From assembly GCA_965215295.1 (NCBI GenBank), contig OZ244045.1:1581518-1645517 (forward strand): DNA of 64,000 bases, given 5' to 3'. The notes beneath the pieces are model-generated. The model worked only from the letters and a program-made list of their open reading frames with translations, was not told the origin of the DNA and made no database searches. The stretch comes from Gammaproteobacteria bacterium. GTDB lineage: Bacteria; Pseudomonadota; Gammaproteobacteria; HK1. The translations under genes and the position numbers were made by a program. Positions within the stretch are counted from its first letter, which is position 1. Every line of letters begins with the position of its first letter. Positions 1 to 8,631 of the stretch are shown piece after piece.

Positions 1-629
1 ACGGGGAAGTGGCGAACCTCGAAGCCGTACTTCTCGGCCTGCCTGTCGAGGACCGGGATCGTCTCCTTGCCGTAGCTCGACTCGTGGTAGAGGTTGGCGA
101 GCTTCTTGCCCTCCAAGTTCCCCATGCCGCCTTCCTTCATCCCGATGTACTTGATCTTCGCCGTGTTCTGGCTCCAGTAGTTGGTCACCAGCGGAAAGAC
201 GTAGGGGAAGACCTTGCCGTTGGTGGCGTCGGTGCGCCCGTACCCCATCGAGATGAGGGGGACCTTGTCGGCGGTGGCGCGCTCGATGAGCCGGTACGTG
301 ATGCCGGTCGAGAGCGGATGCACGACGCTCGCTCCGGTCGGACCCTTGCCCTTGAGCCGCTCGTAGCACTCGACCCCGCGGTCGGAGTTGTACGCGGTCT
401 CGCACTCCTCCCACGTGATCGTCACGCCGCCGACCCCGCCGTCGCGGATGTTGAGCAGCTCCATGTAGTCTTCCATGCCGCCCCAGAACCCGGAACCGCC
501 CGCGGCGTAAGGGCCGGTGCGATACGCGAGCGCCGGGATGAACTGCTCGTTCTGCGCCTGGACGGCCGCGAACGGCGTGAGCGCAATCGCCGCGGCGGTC
601 AGGGACAACAGGCATTTTCCGATTTTCAT
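1..629 (-). CDS. ABC transporter periplasmic substrate-binding protein (Leu/Ile/Val-binding family), N-terminal part; gene runs off window at position 1
   Basis: Absent from ORF track (no stop in window). Minus-strand ATG at 629-627 gives MKIGKCLLSLTAAAIALTPFAAVQAQNEQFIPALAYRTGPYAAGG: signal peptide plus PBP-like N-terminus. Lies directly downstream of LivG/H/M-type genes. Confidence 0.75.
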   Translation of the reverse strand, partial: MKIGKCLLSLTAAAIALTPFAAVQAQNEQFIPALAYRTGPYAAGGSGFWGGMEDYMELLNIRDGGVGGVTITWEECETAYNSDRGVECYERLKGKGPTGASVVHPLSTGITYRLIERATADKVPLISMGYGRTDATNGKVFPYVFPLVTNYWSQNTAKIKYIGMKEGGMGNLEGKKLANLYHESSYGKETIPVLDRQAEKYGFEVRHFP

Positions 630-824
630 TGGCTACATCCTCCCGTATGGATTTCATACAGTTGCGCGCCGCCCACCGGGCGGCAACGGGGAAAGTCTAA
701 GGTATCCGGACCACTGCCGCGAGCGGCGCTCTCCCCGTGCGCCCCCGCGGTCCCGCCGCGGCACCCGCGCGGCGGCGTCATGCCCGGAGCTCCCGCCAGC
801 CCCCTTCGCCCGATCTCCACCTTC

Positions 825-1952
825 TCAGTAGGGGAAAGGCCACTGCCGAAGCTTCTCTTTCGCGATCTGCCACAGGCGGGCGAAGCCGTGCGGCTCCACG
901 ATCAGGAAGAAGATGATGGTGCCGCCGAACACGATCAGCTCGAGGTTCGCCAGCACGTTGCCCGAAAGCGTCCCGCCCATCACCGTGGAGGCGAAAATGT
1001 TGAGGAATACCGGCAGCAGCACGATGAACGCGGCGCCGAGGTACGAGCCCATGATGCTGCCCAGGCCCCCGATGATGATCATGAACAGGATGTTGAACGA
1101 GCGGATGAGGTCGAACGCCTCGGTGTCCGCGTTCCCCACGTAGGTGAACACGTACATCGCGCCGGCGACCCCGCAGTAGAACGAGCTGATCGCGAACGCG
1201 AGCAGCTTGGTGCGCAGGGGCCGCACGCCGATGATCTCGGCCGCGATGTCCATGTCCCGGATCGCCATCCACGAGCGCCCGGTCGCGCTGCGGACCAGGT
1301 TCTTCGCGAGCAGGGTGAGGACGACGACCACCCCCAGGGTCACCAGGTACTTGACCTCGGGGGTCGCGTGCGGACCCGAGACGACGGGGTTGAGCGGCTC
1401 GAGAAAGTCGAGCGGGCCGCCGGCTTCCGCGAGGCGGCCGAAAAGGGTGCTCTGGGGCGCGGACGCGACCCCGGCCGGATCGTAGTTGGTGAACCAGCCG
1501 ACGTGATCGAACAGCCACAGCAGGAAGAACTGCGAGGCGAGGGTGGTGACCGCGAGGTAGAAGCCCTTGATGCGCAGGCTCGGCAGCCCGAACAGGATTC
1601 CCACGAGGGCCGCGAACAGGCCCGATATGAGGAAGCTGAGAACGAGCGGGATCTCGGGCAGGCGCAGGACGAGGTTGTAGCAGGCGTAGGCGCCCACCGC
1701 CATGAACCCGCCGGTGCCCAGCGAGATCTGCCCGGCATAGCCGGTGAGCAGGTTCAGCCCCAGCGCGGCCAGTCCGAACACGAGGAACTGGGTCAGGATC
1801 GGCCCCATGAGGTACTGCGACCCGGTGAGGGGAGGTACGACGCACGCGAAGGCGACGAGCGCGATCACGAACCAGTGGTCCTGGCGGATGGTGAAGATCG
1901 CCTGATCGCTCGCGTACGTGGTCTTGAACTGACCGGCTTCGCGGTAAAACAT
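825..1952 (-). CDS. branched-chain amino acid type ABC transporter permease (LivM family)
   Basis: 375 aa multi-TM ORF with LivM-like motif LNLLTGYAGQISLGTGGFMAVGAY. ATG preceded by GGAAAGAGG. Confidence 0.9.
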   Translation of the reverse strand: MFYREAGQFKTTYASDQAIFTIRQDHWFVIALVAFACVVPPLTGSQYLMGPILTQFLVFGLAALGLNLLTGYAGQISLGTGGFMAVGAYACYNLVLRLPEIPLVLSFLISGLFAALVGILFGLPSLRIKGFYLAVTTLASQFFLLWLFDHVGWFTNYDPAGVASAPQSTLFGRLAEAGGPLDFLEPLNPVVSGPHATPEVKYLVTLGVVVVLTLLAKNLVRSATGRSWMAIRDMDIAAEIIGVRPLRTKLLAFAISSFYCGVAGAMYVFTYVGNADTEAFDLIRSFNILFMIIIGGLGSIMGSYLGAAFIVLLPVFLNIFASTVMGGTLSGNVLANLELIVFGGTIIFFLIVEPHGFARLWQIAKEKLRQWPFPY

Positions 1953-1988
1953 CCTCTTTCCTCGCCTCCTCGCGCGGGCTGCGGCGCG

Positions 1989-3203
1989 TCATACGCGCTC
2001 GATGATCTTCTCTCCGAACAGCCCCTGCGGCCACACCAGCAGGAACAGCGTCCCCAGCATGTACGGGCTCCAGTTCTCGGTCCCGCCGCCGAAGAACGGG
2101 ATCCCGACATAGACCTCGAAGAGCTTCTCCGTCGACCCGACGATCAGGCCGCCGATGATGGCGCCGGGGATGGACGTGAAGCCCCCGATCAGGATCACCG
2201 GCAACGCCTTGAACGCGAGCAGCGAGATCGAGAACTGCACGCCCAGCTTCGACCCCCACATCAGGCCCGCGAACAGCGCGACGATCGCCGAGGCCGACCA
2301 CACCACGGCCCAGATGTTCTTGAGCGGAATCCCCACCGAGAGCGCGGCCTGGTGATCGTCGGCGACCGCGCGCAGGCCCCGCCCCACCCGGGTCTTGTTG
2401 AAGAACCAGGCGAGCGCCGCGACGAGCGCCGCCGCGGTCCCCGCCGCCGCCACGTCGAAGGTGCTGATGAACAGGCCGATGCTGTCCACGAACCACTCGA
2501 TGGGAACGTCGGGAATGCCGATGTCGAGCGGATGCACGTCGGCGTCCCACACGCCCTGCGCCACTCCCTCGATGACGAAGTTCAGGCCGATCGCGGCCAT
2601 GAACAGGATGATGGGCTCCTGGTTCACGAGCGGGCGGAGCACGATCCGCTCGATGGCGATGGCCATCATGATCATCACCAGGAGGGTCACCGCAAGGGCG
2701 CGCCACAGCGTCGCCCCGTCGAGGAAGAAGCACGCCGCCGCGAGCCCGAGCAGGACGCCCGCCGCCCAGTGCGGGGTGCGGGCCCCCACGGTGAGCATCA
2801 GGAAGGTCAGCTCCACGATGAACACCGCCCGCCACATCGCCTGGCCGCCGTCGAACACGATCGGCAGGAACACCACCGCGACCGCCGCGAGGACCACCGG
2901 GGTACGTCCGTACCGGGCCGGCGCATCGAGCACGGGGGTCAGCCGGCGCAACCCGAAGATCCCCGCCGCGAGCAGCGCGAAGACCACCGCGAGCCAGCCG
3001 GTCCAGCTCCAGAAATCCGGCCCCACCTCCAGCATCAGCACGAAGGTCAGCGCCGCGAACAGCACGAAGGCGCCCTGCGCGAAGTTGAAGATCTGGGACG
3101 CCTTGAAGATCAGCACGAGGCCGAGCGCGACCAGCGAGTACATGATGCCGGTCAGCAGCCCGCCGACCAGCACCTCGGAGAAGAACAGGATTTCCTCGAC
3201 CAT
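1989..3203 (-). CDS. branched-chain amino acid type ABC transporter permease (LivH family, extended by extra TM segments)
   Basis: 404 aa. N-terminus GGLLTGIMYSLVALGLVLIFKASQIFNFAQG is typical of LivH. Adjacent to LivM- and LivG-type genes. Confidence 0.9.
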   Translation of the reverse strand: MVEEILFFSEVLVGGLLTGIMYSLVALGLVLIFKASQIFNFAQGAFVLFAALTFVLMLEVGPDFWSWTGWLAVVFALLAAGIFGLRRLTPVLDAPARYGRTPVVLAAVAVVFLPIVFDGGQAMWRAVFIVELTFLMLTVGARTPHWAAGVLLGLAAACFFLDGATLWRALAVTLLVMIMMAIAIERIVLRPLVNQEPIILFMAAIGLNFVIEGVAQGVWDADVHPLDIGIPDVPIEWFVDSIGLFISTFDVAAAGTAAALVAALAWFFNKTRVGRGLRAVADDHQAALSVGIPLKNIWAVVWSASAIVALFAGLMWGSKLGVQFSISLLAFKALPVILIGGFTSIPGAIIGGLIVGSTEKLFEVYVGIPFFGGGTENWSPYMLGTLFLLVWPQGLFGEKIIERV

Positions 3204-3230
3204 CGGTGTCTCCGTCCGGTTCGTCCCCGC

Positions 3231-4406
3231 TCATCCCTGGCCGAGATAGGCGCGGATGACGACCGGGTCGTTGCGCACTTCGTCCGGGGTCCCCTCGGCG
3301 ATCTTCACGCCGTGGTCGAGCACCACCACATGGTTCGAGATGTCCATGACCACGCCCATGTCGTGCTCGATCAGCAGCACTGTCGTCCCGAACTGGTCGT
3401 TCACGTCGAGGACGAAGCGCGCCATGTCCTCCTTCTCCTCGAGGTTCATCCCCGCCATCGGCTCGTCGAGGAGCAGCACCTTGGGCTCCATCGCCAGGGC
3501 CCGCGCGAGTTCCACCCGCTTCTGCAGGCCGTACGGCAACTGGCCGACCGGGGTGCGGCGGATCGGCTGGATCTCGAGGAAGTCGATGATGTGCTCGACG
3601 ACCTCCCGGTGCCTGATCTCTTCCTTGCGCGCGGAACCGAAGTACAGGGCGTCGGTCGCGAAATTGTAGTCCATCTTGAGCAGGCGGCCGGTCATGATGT
3701 TGTCCAGGGTGCTCATGCCCCGGAACAGCGCGATGTTCTGGAACGTCCGCGCGAAGCCGAGCCGCGCGACCTCGAACGTCTTCAGGTGGGTCCGGTCCTG
3801 GCCCTCGAACAGGATGCGTCCGCTCGTCGGCCGGTAGAACCCGCTGACCACGTTCAGCATCGAGGTCTTGCCGGCGCCGTTCGGCCCGATGATCGAGAAC
3901 ACCTCCCCGGGATGCACCGAGAAGCCGACGTTTTCGAGCGCGGTGACCCCGCCGAACCGGAGCAGGATGTCCTCCACCTTCAGGAACGACTCCGCCGACG
4001 TGGTGCCGGTGGTCTGGTGGCGCCGGCGCATGTCGGCGAGGGCGAGCACCGCCGCGTCGCGCGACTCGAACAGGTTGGCGCGGAACTGCGCGCTCTGCGC
4101 GTGCGAGCGGATCGATTCGCGCACGTCGACGTTGACGCCGAACCGCACGGTGCCGAGCCCGTAACCGATGTTGGCGCGTTTGCCGCGCTCGGCGAATGCC
4201 GCCCACGCCTCGGGCGCGATCCTGCAGTCCCCGTAGTTGACGAGGAAGTACCAGCGCGAGCCGGAGTCGCCGACGCTGGCGTCGATCACGTCGTAGAACG
4301 CCTCGACATCCGCGGCCTCGCTGAACGTCATTCCCGAGAAATCGACCTCCAGGGTTTCGCGGTCCTGGTGGAACGTGAGGCGTTCCGCGATCGATCGCTC
4401 GCTCAT
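3231..4406 (-). CDS. ABC transporter ATP-binding protein (LivG type) with about 130 aa N-terminal extension
   Basis: Track ORF 3231..4724 trimmed to ATG 4406 (MSERSIAE), preceded by GGGAGAG. Walker A GPNGAGKT, signature YGLQKRVELARAL, Walker B LLLDEP. Confidence 0.85.
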   Translation of the reverse strand: MSERSIAERLTFHQDRETLEVDFSGMTFSEAADVEAFYDVIDASVGDSGSRWYFLVNYGDCRIAPEAWAAFAERGKRANIGYGLGTVRFGVNVDVRESIRSHAQSAQFRANLFESRDAAVLALADMRRRHQTTGTTSAESFLKVEDILLRFGGVTALENVGFSVHPGEVFSIIGPNGAGKTSMLNVVSGFYRPTSGRILFEGQDRTHLKTFEVARLGFARTFQNIALFRGMSTLDNIMTGRLLKMDYNFATDALYFGSARKEEIRHREVVEHIIDFLEIQPIRRTPVGQLPYGLQKRVELARALAMEPKVLLLDEPMAGMNLEEKEDMARFVLDVNDQFGTTVLLIEHDMGVVMDISNHVVVLDHGVKIAEGTPDEVRNDPVVIRAYLGQG

Positions 4407-4449
4407 CGGGGCGCTCTCCCCGGTGTCGCCGGTCGGTCGTCCGGCCGCA

Positions 4450-6432
4450 TCAGCCCGCCCCGGCCATCGCGCCGGGCGCCGTCTCGATGTCGCCGATCCT
4501 GAGATCCGCGCTGATCTCGCCGCGGCGACCGTCCTCGAACACCACCTCGGTGGCGATGTGGCACGTGTCCGCATCGGAATAGAGCGCGTCGATGAGGGGG
4601 GCATAGCGCTCGGCGACGATGCGGCGGCGGACCTTGCGGGTGCGGGTGAGTTCCCCGTCGTCGGCATCGAGCTCCTTGTGGAGCACGAGGAACCGCCTGA
4701 TCCGGGACGACGCAAGCTGCGCATCGCCGGCCAGGTCCGCGTTCACCTTCGCGATGCAGTCCTTGACCAGCGCATACACCCGGGGATGCGCGGCGAGTTC
4801 CTGGTAGCTGGCGTAGGAGATGTTGTTGCGCTCGGCCCAGTTGCTCACCGCATCGAGGTCGATGTTGACGAACGCGGCGACATAGTCGCGCCCGTGGCCG
4901 AACGTCACCGCCTCGGCGATCTGGGGGAAGTACTTCAGCTTGTTCTCGATGTACTTGGGAGCGAACATCGCACCGTCGTTGAGCTTTCCCACATCCTTCG
5001 CGCGGTCGATGATGCGCAGGTGCCCGTCCTCGTCCAGCAGTCCGGCGTCGCCGGTATGCACCCAGCCGTCCTCGGTCTTCGTCGCCCGGGTCGCCTCTTC
5101 GTTCCTGTAGTAGCTCTGGAAGACGCCCGGGCTGCGGTAGAGGACCTCGCCGTTGTCGGCGATCCTGAGCTCGACCTGCGGCGCGGCGGGACCCACGGTG
5201 TCGGCGCGCACGTCGTCGTCGGACTGGATGGTGACGAACACCGATGCCTCGGTCTGCCCGTAGAGTTGCTTGATGTTGATGCCGAGCGAACGGTAGAAGT
5301 CGAAGATGTCGGTGCCGATCGCCTCGCCGGCAGTGTACGCGAGCCGGATGCGCGAGAAGCCCAGGGTGTTCTTGAGCGGGCCGTAGACCAGCAGGTTTCC
5401 CAGCCAGTACATGAACCTGTCGAAGACCGGCACCGGCTGGCGTTCCAGGATCCCGACTCCCACCCGTCCGGCGAGATCCATGAAGTAGTGGTACATCTTC
5501 TGCTTCACGAAGCTCGCATCCTCGATCCGGATGCTGACGGTGGTGAGCAGGTTCTCGAAGATGGCGGGAGGAGCGAAGTAGTAGGTCGGACCGATCTCCT
5601 TCAGATCGTGCATCACCGTCGCCGCGCTCTCCGGACAGTTCACGCAGAACCCCGCTACGTAGCTCTGCGCGAACGAGAAGATGTTGTCGCCCACCCACGC
5701 CATCGGCAGGTAGGCCAGCACCTCGTCGTCGACCGTGAGCTTCTCGAATTCGACGGCGTTGCGCGCCGTGATCAGCACGTTGTCGTGGGTGAGGATCACC
5801 CCCTTCGGATTCCCGGTCGTCCCCGAGGTGTAGAGGATGATCGCGACGTCGGCGCCGGTGCCCCGCGCGACCCGCTGGTCGTAGTGGCCGGGATTGGCGG
5901 CCGCAAACGCCTTCCCCCGCTCCCGGACCGACTCGTACGAGTGCAGGAAGGGCTGGTCGTAGTGGCGCATGCCCCGGGAGTCTTCGTAGAGGATGACCTC
6001 CAGCGACGGGCACCGATCCCTGATCTCGAGCAGCTTGTCGACCTGCTCCTGATCTTCCGCGATCGCGAACCGGACGCCGGCATGATCGACGACGAACTCG
6101 AGCTCCTTCGCCACCGAGTCCTGGTACATCGGCACCGGTACCCCGCCCAGTGCCTGCGCCGCGCACATCGAGCCGTAGAGCCGGGGGCGGTTGCGCCCGA
6201 TGACGGCAAGCCGGTCGCCCCGTTCGAAGCCGAGCGCCGCGAGCCCGTTGGCGAGTCCTTCGATCTCGGCCTTCAGCTCGCGCCACGTCCAGCTTTGCCA
6301 GATGCCGTACTCCTTCTCGCGCGCCGCGTGCCGAGTCGCGAACCTGCGGGCGTTGAGATCGAGCAGCTTCGGAAACGTGTCGAGAGCGGCCGCAGCGTCT
6401 GCGCTCGGCCCGGCGTCGACTGCTTCGGGCAT
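4450..6432 (-). CDS. AMP-dependent acyl-CoA synthetase (long-chain-fatty-acid--CoA ligase family)
   Basis: 660 aa with AMP-binding motif ILYTSGTTGNPKGVILTH. ATG preceded by GGGAGGAG. Same strand as the Liv-type genes and 43 nt upstream of them. Confidence 0.9.
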   Translation of the reverse strand: MPEAVDAGPSADAAAALDTFPKLLDLNARRFATRHAAREKEYGIWQSWTWRELKAEIEGLANGLAALGFERGDRLAVIGRNRPRLYGSMCAAQALGGVPVPMYQDSVAKELEFVVDHAGVRFAIAEDQEQVDKLLEIRDRCPSLEVILYEDSRGMRHYDQPFLHSYESVRERGKAFAAANPGHYDQRVARGTGADVAIILYTSGTTGNPKGVILTHDNVLITARNAVEFEKLTVDDEVLAYLPMAWVGDNIFSFAQSYVAGFCVNCPESAATVMHDLKEIGPTYYFAPPAIFENLLTTVSIRIEDASFVKQKMYHYFMDLAGRVGVGILERQPVPVFDRFMYWLGNLLVYGPLKNTLGFSRIRLAYTAGEAIGTDIFDFYRSLGINIKQLYGQTEASVFVTIQSDDDVRADTVGPAAPQVELRIADNGEVLYRSPGVFQSYYRNEEATRATKTEDGWVHTGDAGLLDEDGHLRIIDRAKDVGKLNDGAMFAPKYIENKLKYFPQIAEAVTFGHGRDYVAAFVNIDLDAVSNWAERNNISYASYQELAAHPRVYALVKDCIAKVNADLAGDAQLASSRIRRFLVLHKELDADDGELTRTRKVRRRIVAERYAPLIDALYSDADTCHIATEVVFEDGRRGEISADLRIGDIETAPGAMAGAG

Positions 6433-6690
6433 CGTCTCCTCCCTGTCCGTTCCCGCACCGCCGCCGGGACGCCGGAACCGGAACGATGGTCAATGATAAT
6501 CCATACGGCACGCCAGTAAAGCGGATGCTCCCGCCCGGAGCACGATGCGGCCGAGCCGGCCCGACGCGCTTGCAGCCGGAAGGTTCGGCGGGAAGGGTCG
6601 CGGCTTCGATCCGGAGCCACGCATCCCGGCGTGGCGCCGCCGCACCCGCACCGTGCACGACCGTTTCGGCGGCCCGGCCCGGCCTCGACG

Positions 6691-7182
6691 TCATCGCGAC
6701 GCTTCGGTCGTCCCTCTCCGCCGCTCCGCCCGCCAGAACTCGACGAAGAACCGCACCGGCCCTTCGGGCTCCACGCGATGCGGAACCTGCGCGACGATGA
6801 CCGCACTCGACGACGGGACGACCCGGAACGAACGGTGGATCGGGGCGCCCACCCGATAGCGCAGCACCCCGGAGATCACGTGGACCCGGGCCCACACGCC
6901 ACGCTTCGTCGCGTGCTCGGACTTCAGCCCGGCCGGAGTCGTCGTCTCGTCGAACTCCGGCGTCCGGCGGTACGCGACGAGACCGTCGGGCCACTCCATC
7001 CGGTCACAACGCACGCAATCGAGCTCGGCGCCGAGCATCGCATGGCGCCCGGCCTCGGTCTCCGTCCAGGGTCGATTGACGAACGGCGGCCGGTGGCGCA
7101 CGTGCTGGCCGTGACCGCAGTCGAGGTCCGCGACCCAGTCGCCCGGTTCGTCGAGACGAAGGCCGGTGATCGCACGCTTCAC
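6691..7182 (-). CDS. DUF3565 / DUF1971 (TehB-N-like) fusion protein
   Basis: GTG start. N-terminus WVADLDCGHGQHVRHRPPF matches my memory of DUF3565. C-terminal TPAGLKSEHATKRGVWARVHVISGVLRY resembles the tellurite-resistance-related DUF1971. Confidence 0.65.
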   Translation of the reverse strand: MKRAITGLRLDEPGDWVADLDCGHGQHVRHRPPFVNRPWTETEAGRHAMLGAELDCVRCDRMEWPDGLVAYRRTPEFDETTTPAGLKSEHATKRGVWARVHVISGVLRYRVGAPIHRSFRVVPSSSAVIVAQVPHRVEPEGPVRFFVEFWRAERRRGTTEASR

Positions 7183-7393
7183 GGGGTCACCGGGTCCACG
7201 GCGGGTCCGGCCCGTCGGTTCGCGGCCGGGTTCGAACGCATCGCACCCGCCGCCCGCGATCCGGTGCCGGTTCGATCCCGTCCGGCTCGCCGGCGGGCCG
7301 GCTCGACGCGGACGGACCGGCGGCGCCGGCGACAGGGTGCGTCGCGCCGGCCGGCGACACGGAGTGTTGCGCCCGGCGGCACTTCTCCACCGC

Positions 7394-7867
7394 TCAGGGC
7401 CGGAGCCCGTCGGAGAAGATCATCGCGATCCCGACGACCACCACCAGGGTGCCCGCAATCTGCATCGCGCCGAGCGATTCCTTCAGCGCGAAGGACGACA
7501 GCAGCATCGTGAGCACCACGGTCCCGGTCACGATCACCGGCACTGCGACGCTCGCGGCGACCGGGCCGGTCCCGCCGACGCCACGGAACAGGTAGAAGTA
7601 CCCGATTTCGGCAAGGCCGATGCACACCCCCGCTCCCGCCGCCCACGCGTACGCGCTCGTGGAGAGCTTCAGCACGTGACCGCCGCGGGCCAGAAGCGCA
7701 AGCGCGAACGCGCACGACGCGGCGAGCGCGGCGAGTTGCAGGCAGATCGTCGCCAGCACGGTCGACGTGGCCACCTCCGGAACGCGAGTGCTCGATACCT
7801 TCACGAGCAGGTTGTATCCGGCGTACAGCACCGTGATCGCGATCAGGAGAAGGATACCGGTCCACAT
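7394..7867 (-). CDS. small EamA-like (DMT superfamily, half-size) membrane transporter
   Basis: 157 aa with about 5 hydrophobic helices. ATG preceded by GGGAGG. Confidence 0.7.
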   Translation of the reverse strand: MWTGILLLIAITVLYAGYNLLVKVSSTRVPEVATSTVLATICLQLAALAASCAFALALLARGGHVLKLSTSAYAWAAGAGVCIGLAEIGYFYLFRGVGGTGPVAASVAVPVIVTGTVVLTMLLSSFALKESLGAMQIAGTLVVVVGIAMIFSDGLRP

Positions 7868-7954
7868 TTCGAAGCCTCCCGGCAGTCGGCGCGGCTCGAA
7901 GCCCCCCGGCGACCGGCGCGGCTGCGCGCCGGCGCGACCCGCCGCCCGGGGTCC

Positions 7955-8347
7955 TCAACGCGGGCCGTTTCCGGCGTGCGCGCCGTAGCTGCTGATCTCG
8001 ACGAGGTTCCCGTCGGGATCGGTGAAGTAGACCGACATCATCGCGCCGACGGCCCCGGTCTTGGGGACCGGACCTTCGACGATCCCGATACCCGCGCCGC
8101 GAAGATGGGCGATGACGTCGGGCAACGGCCACGTCGTGACGAGGCACAGGTCCCCGGACCCGACCGCGGCGTGATTCCTCGTCTCCATGCCGAGCACCTG
8201 CAGGTTGATCTTCTGGTTCCCGAAATGCAGGGCCCGGCGTCCGTTCGCGAACGTGGAGTCGGTGACGAGCAACGCCCGCTTGTAGAACGCCACCGATGCC
8301 TCGATGTCGCTGACGGTCAGGACCAGATGGTCGATGTGGCTGATCAC
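7955..8347 (-). CDS. VOC / glyoxalase-bleomycin resistance family protein
   Basis: Track ORF 7955..8806 trimmed to GTG 8347 (VISHIDHLVLTVSDIEASVAFY), preceded by GGGAGGGGA. Typical VOC N-terminus; C-terminal YFTDPDGNLVEI. Confidence 0.8.
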   Translation of the reverse strand: MISHIDHLVLTVSDIEASVAFYKRALLVTDSTFANGRRALHFGNQKINLQVLGMETRNHAAVGSGDLCLVTTWPLPDVIAHLRGAGIGIVEGPVPKTGAVGAMMSVYFTDPDGNLVEISSYGAHAGNGPR

Positions 8348-8473
8348 CGAAGCGTCCCCTCCCGGACCGGCGCGCGGGTGTCTGCGGGGCGCACGCCCGG
8401 CCGCACACTCGCCGGCGCGGCGGTACCACGGCCGCATCCACCGGACCCGAGCCCTGCCGGTCCGGCCGGACCA

Positions 8474-8631
8474 CCCGCCCGGGTCACGCTCTCCCGGGTC
8501 ACGCCCGCCCGGGTCATGCTCGCCCGGGCCACGCCTCGGGCTCCGCGGCGGCGGAGACCGTTCAACGAACCCGCCCGGATCACGTCCACCCGAATCACGC
8601 TCTCCCGGGTCACACCCGCCCGGGTCACGCC
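8474..8631. repeat. 15-bp tandem array (two blocks of 4 units, consensus CGCCCGGGTCACGCC) ending on the stop codon of the gene at 8625
   Basis: Read directly. Units at 8476-8535 and 8570-8631. The last unit contains the TCA (TGA on minus strand) stop at 8625-8627. Confidence 0.85.

Noticed and set aside
9-4502. Very long ORFs such as 9..4502(+), 778..4206(-), 8304..12071(+), 17622..21515(+), 21545..24358(-), 30290..32977(-), 59012..62176(+)
   Set aside because: They are Arg/Pro/Gly/Ala-rich low-complexity translations lying antisense or off-frame to genes with clear family motifs. This is the typical stop-codon-poor artefact of very high GC DNA.
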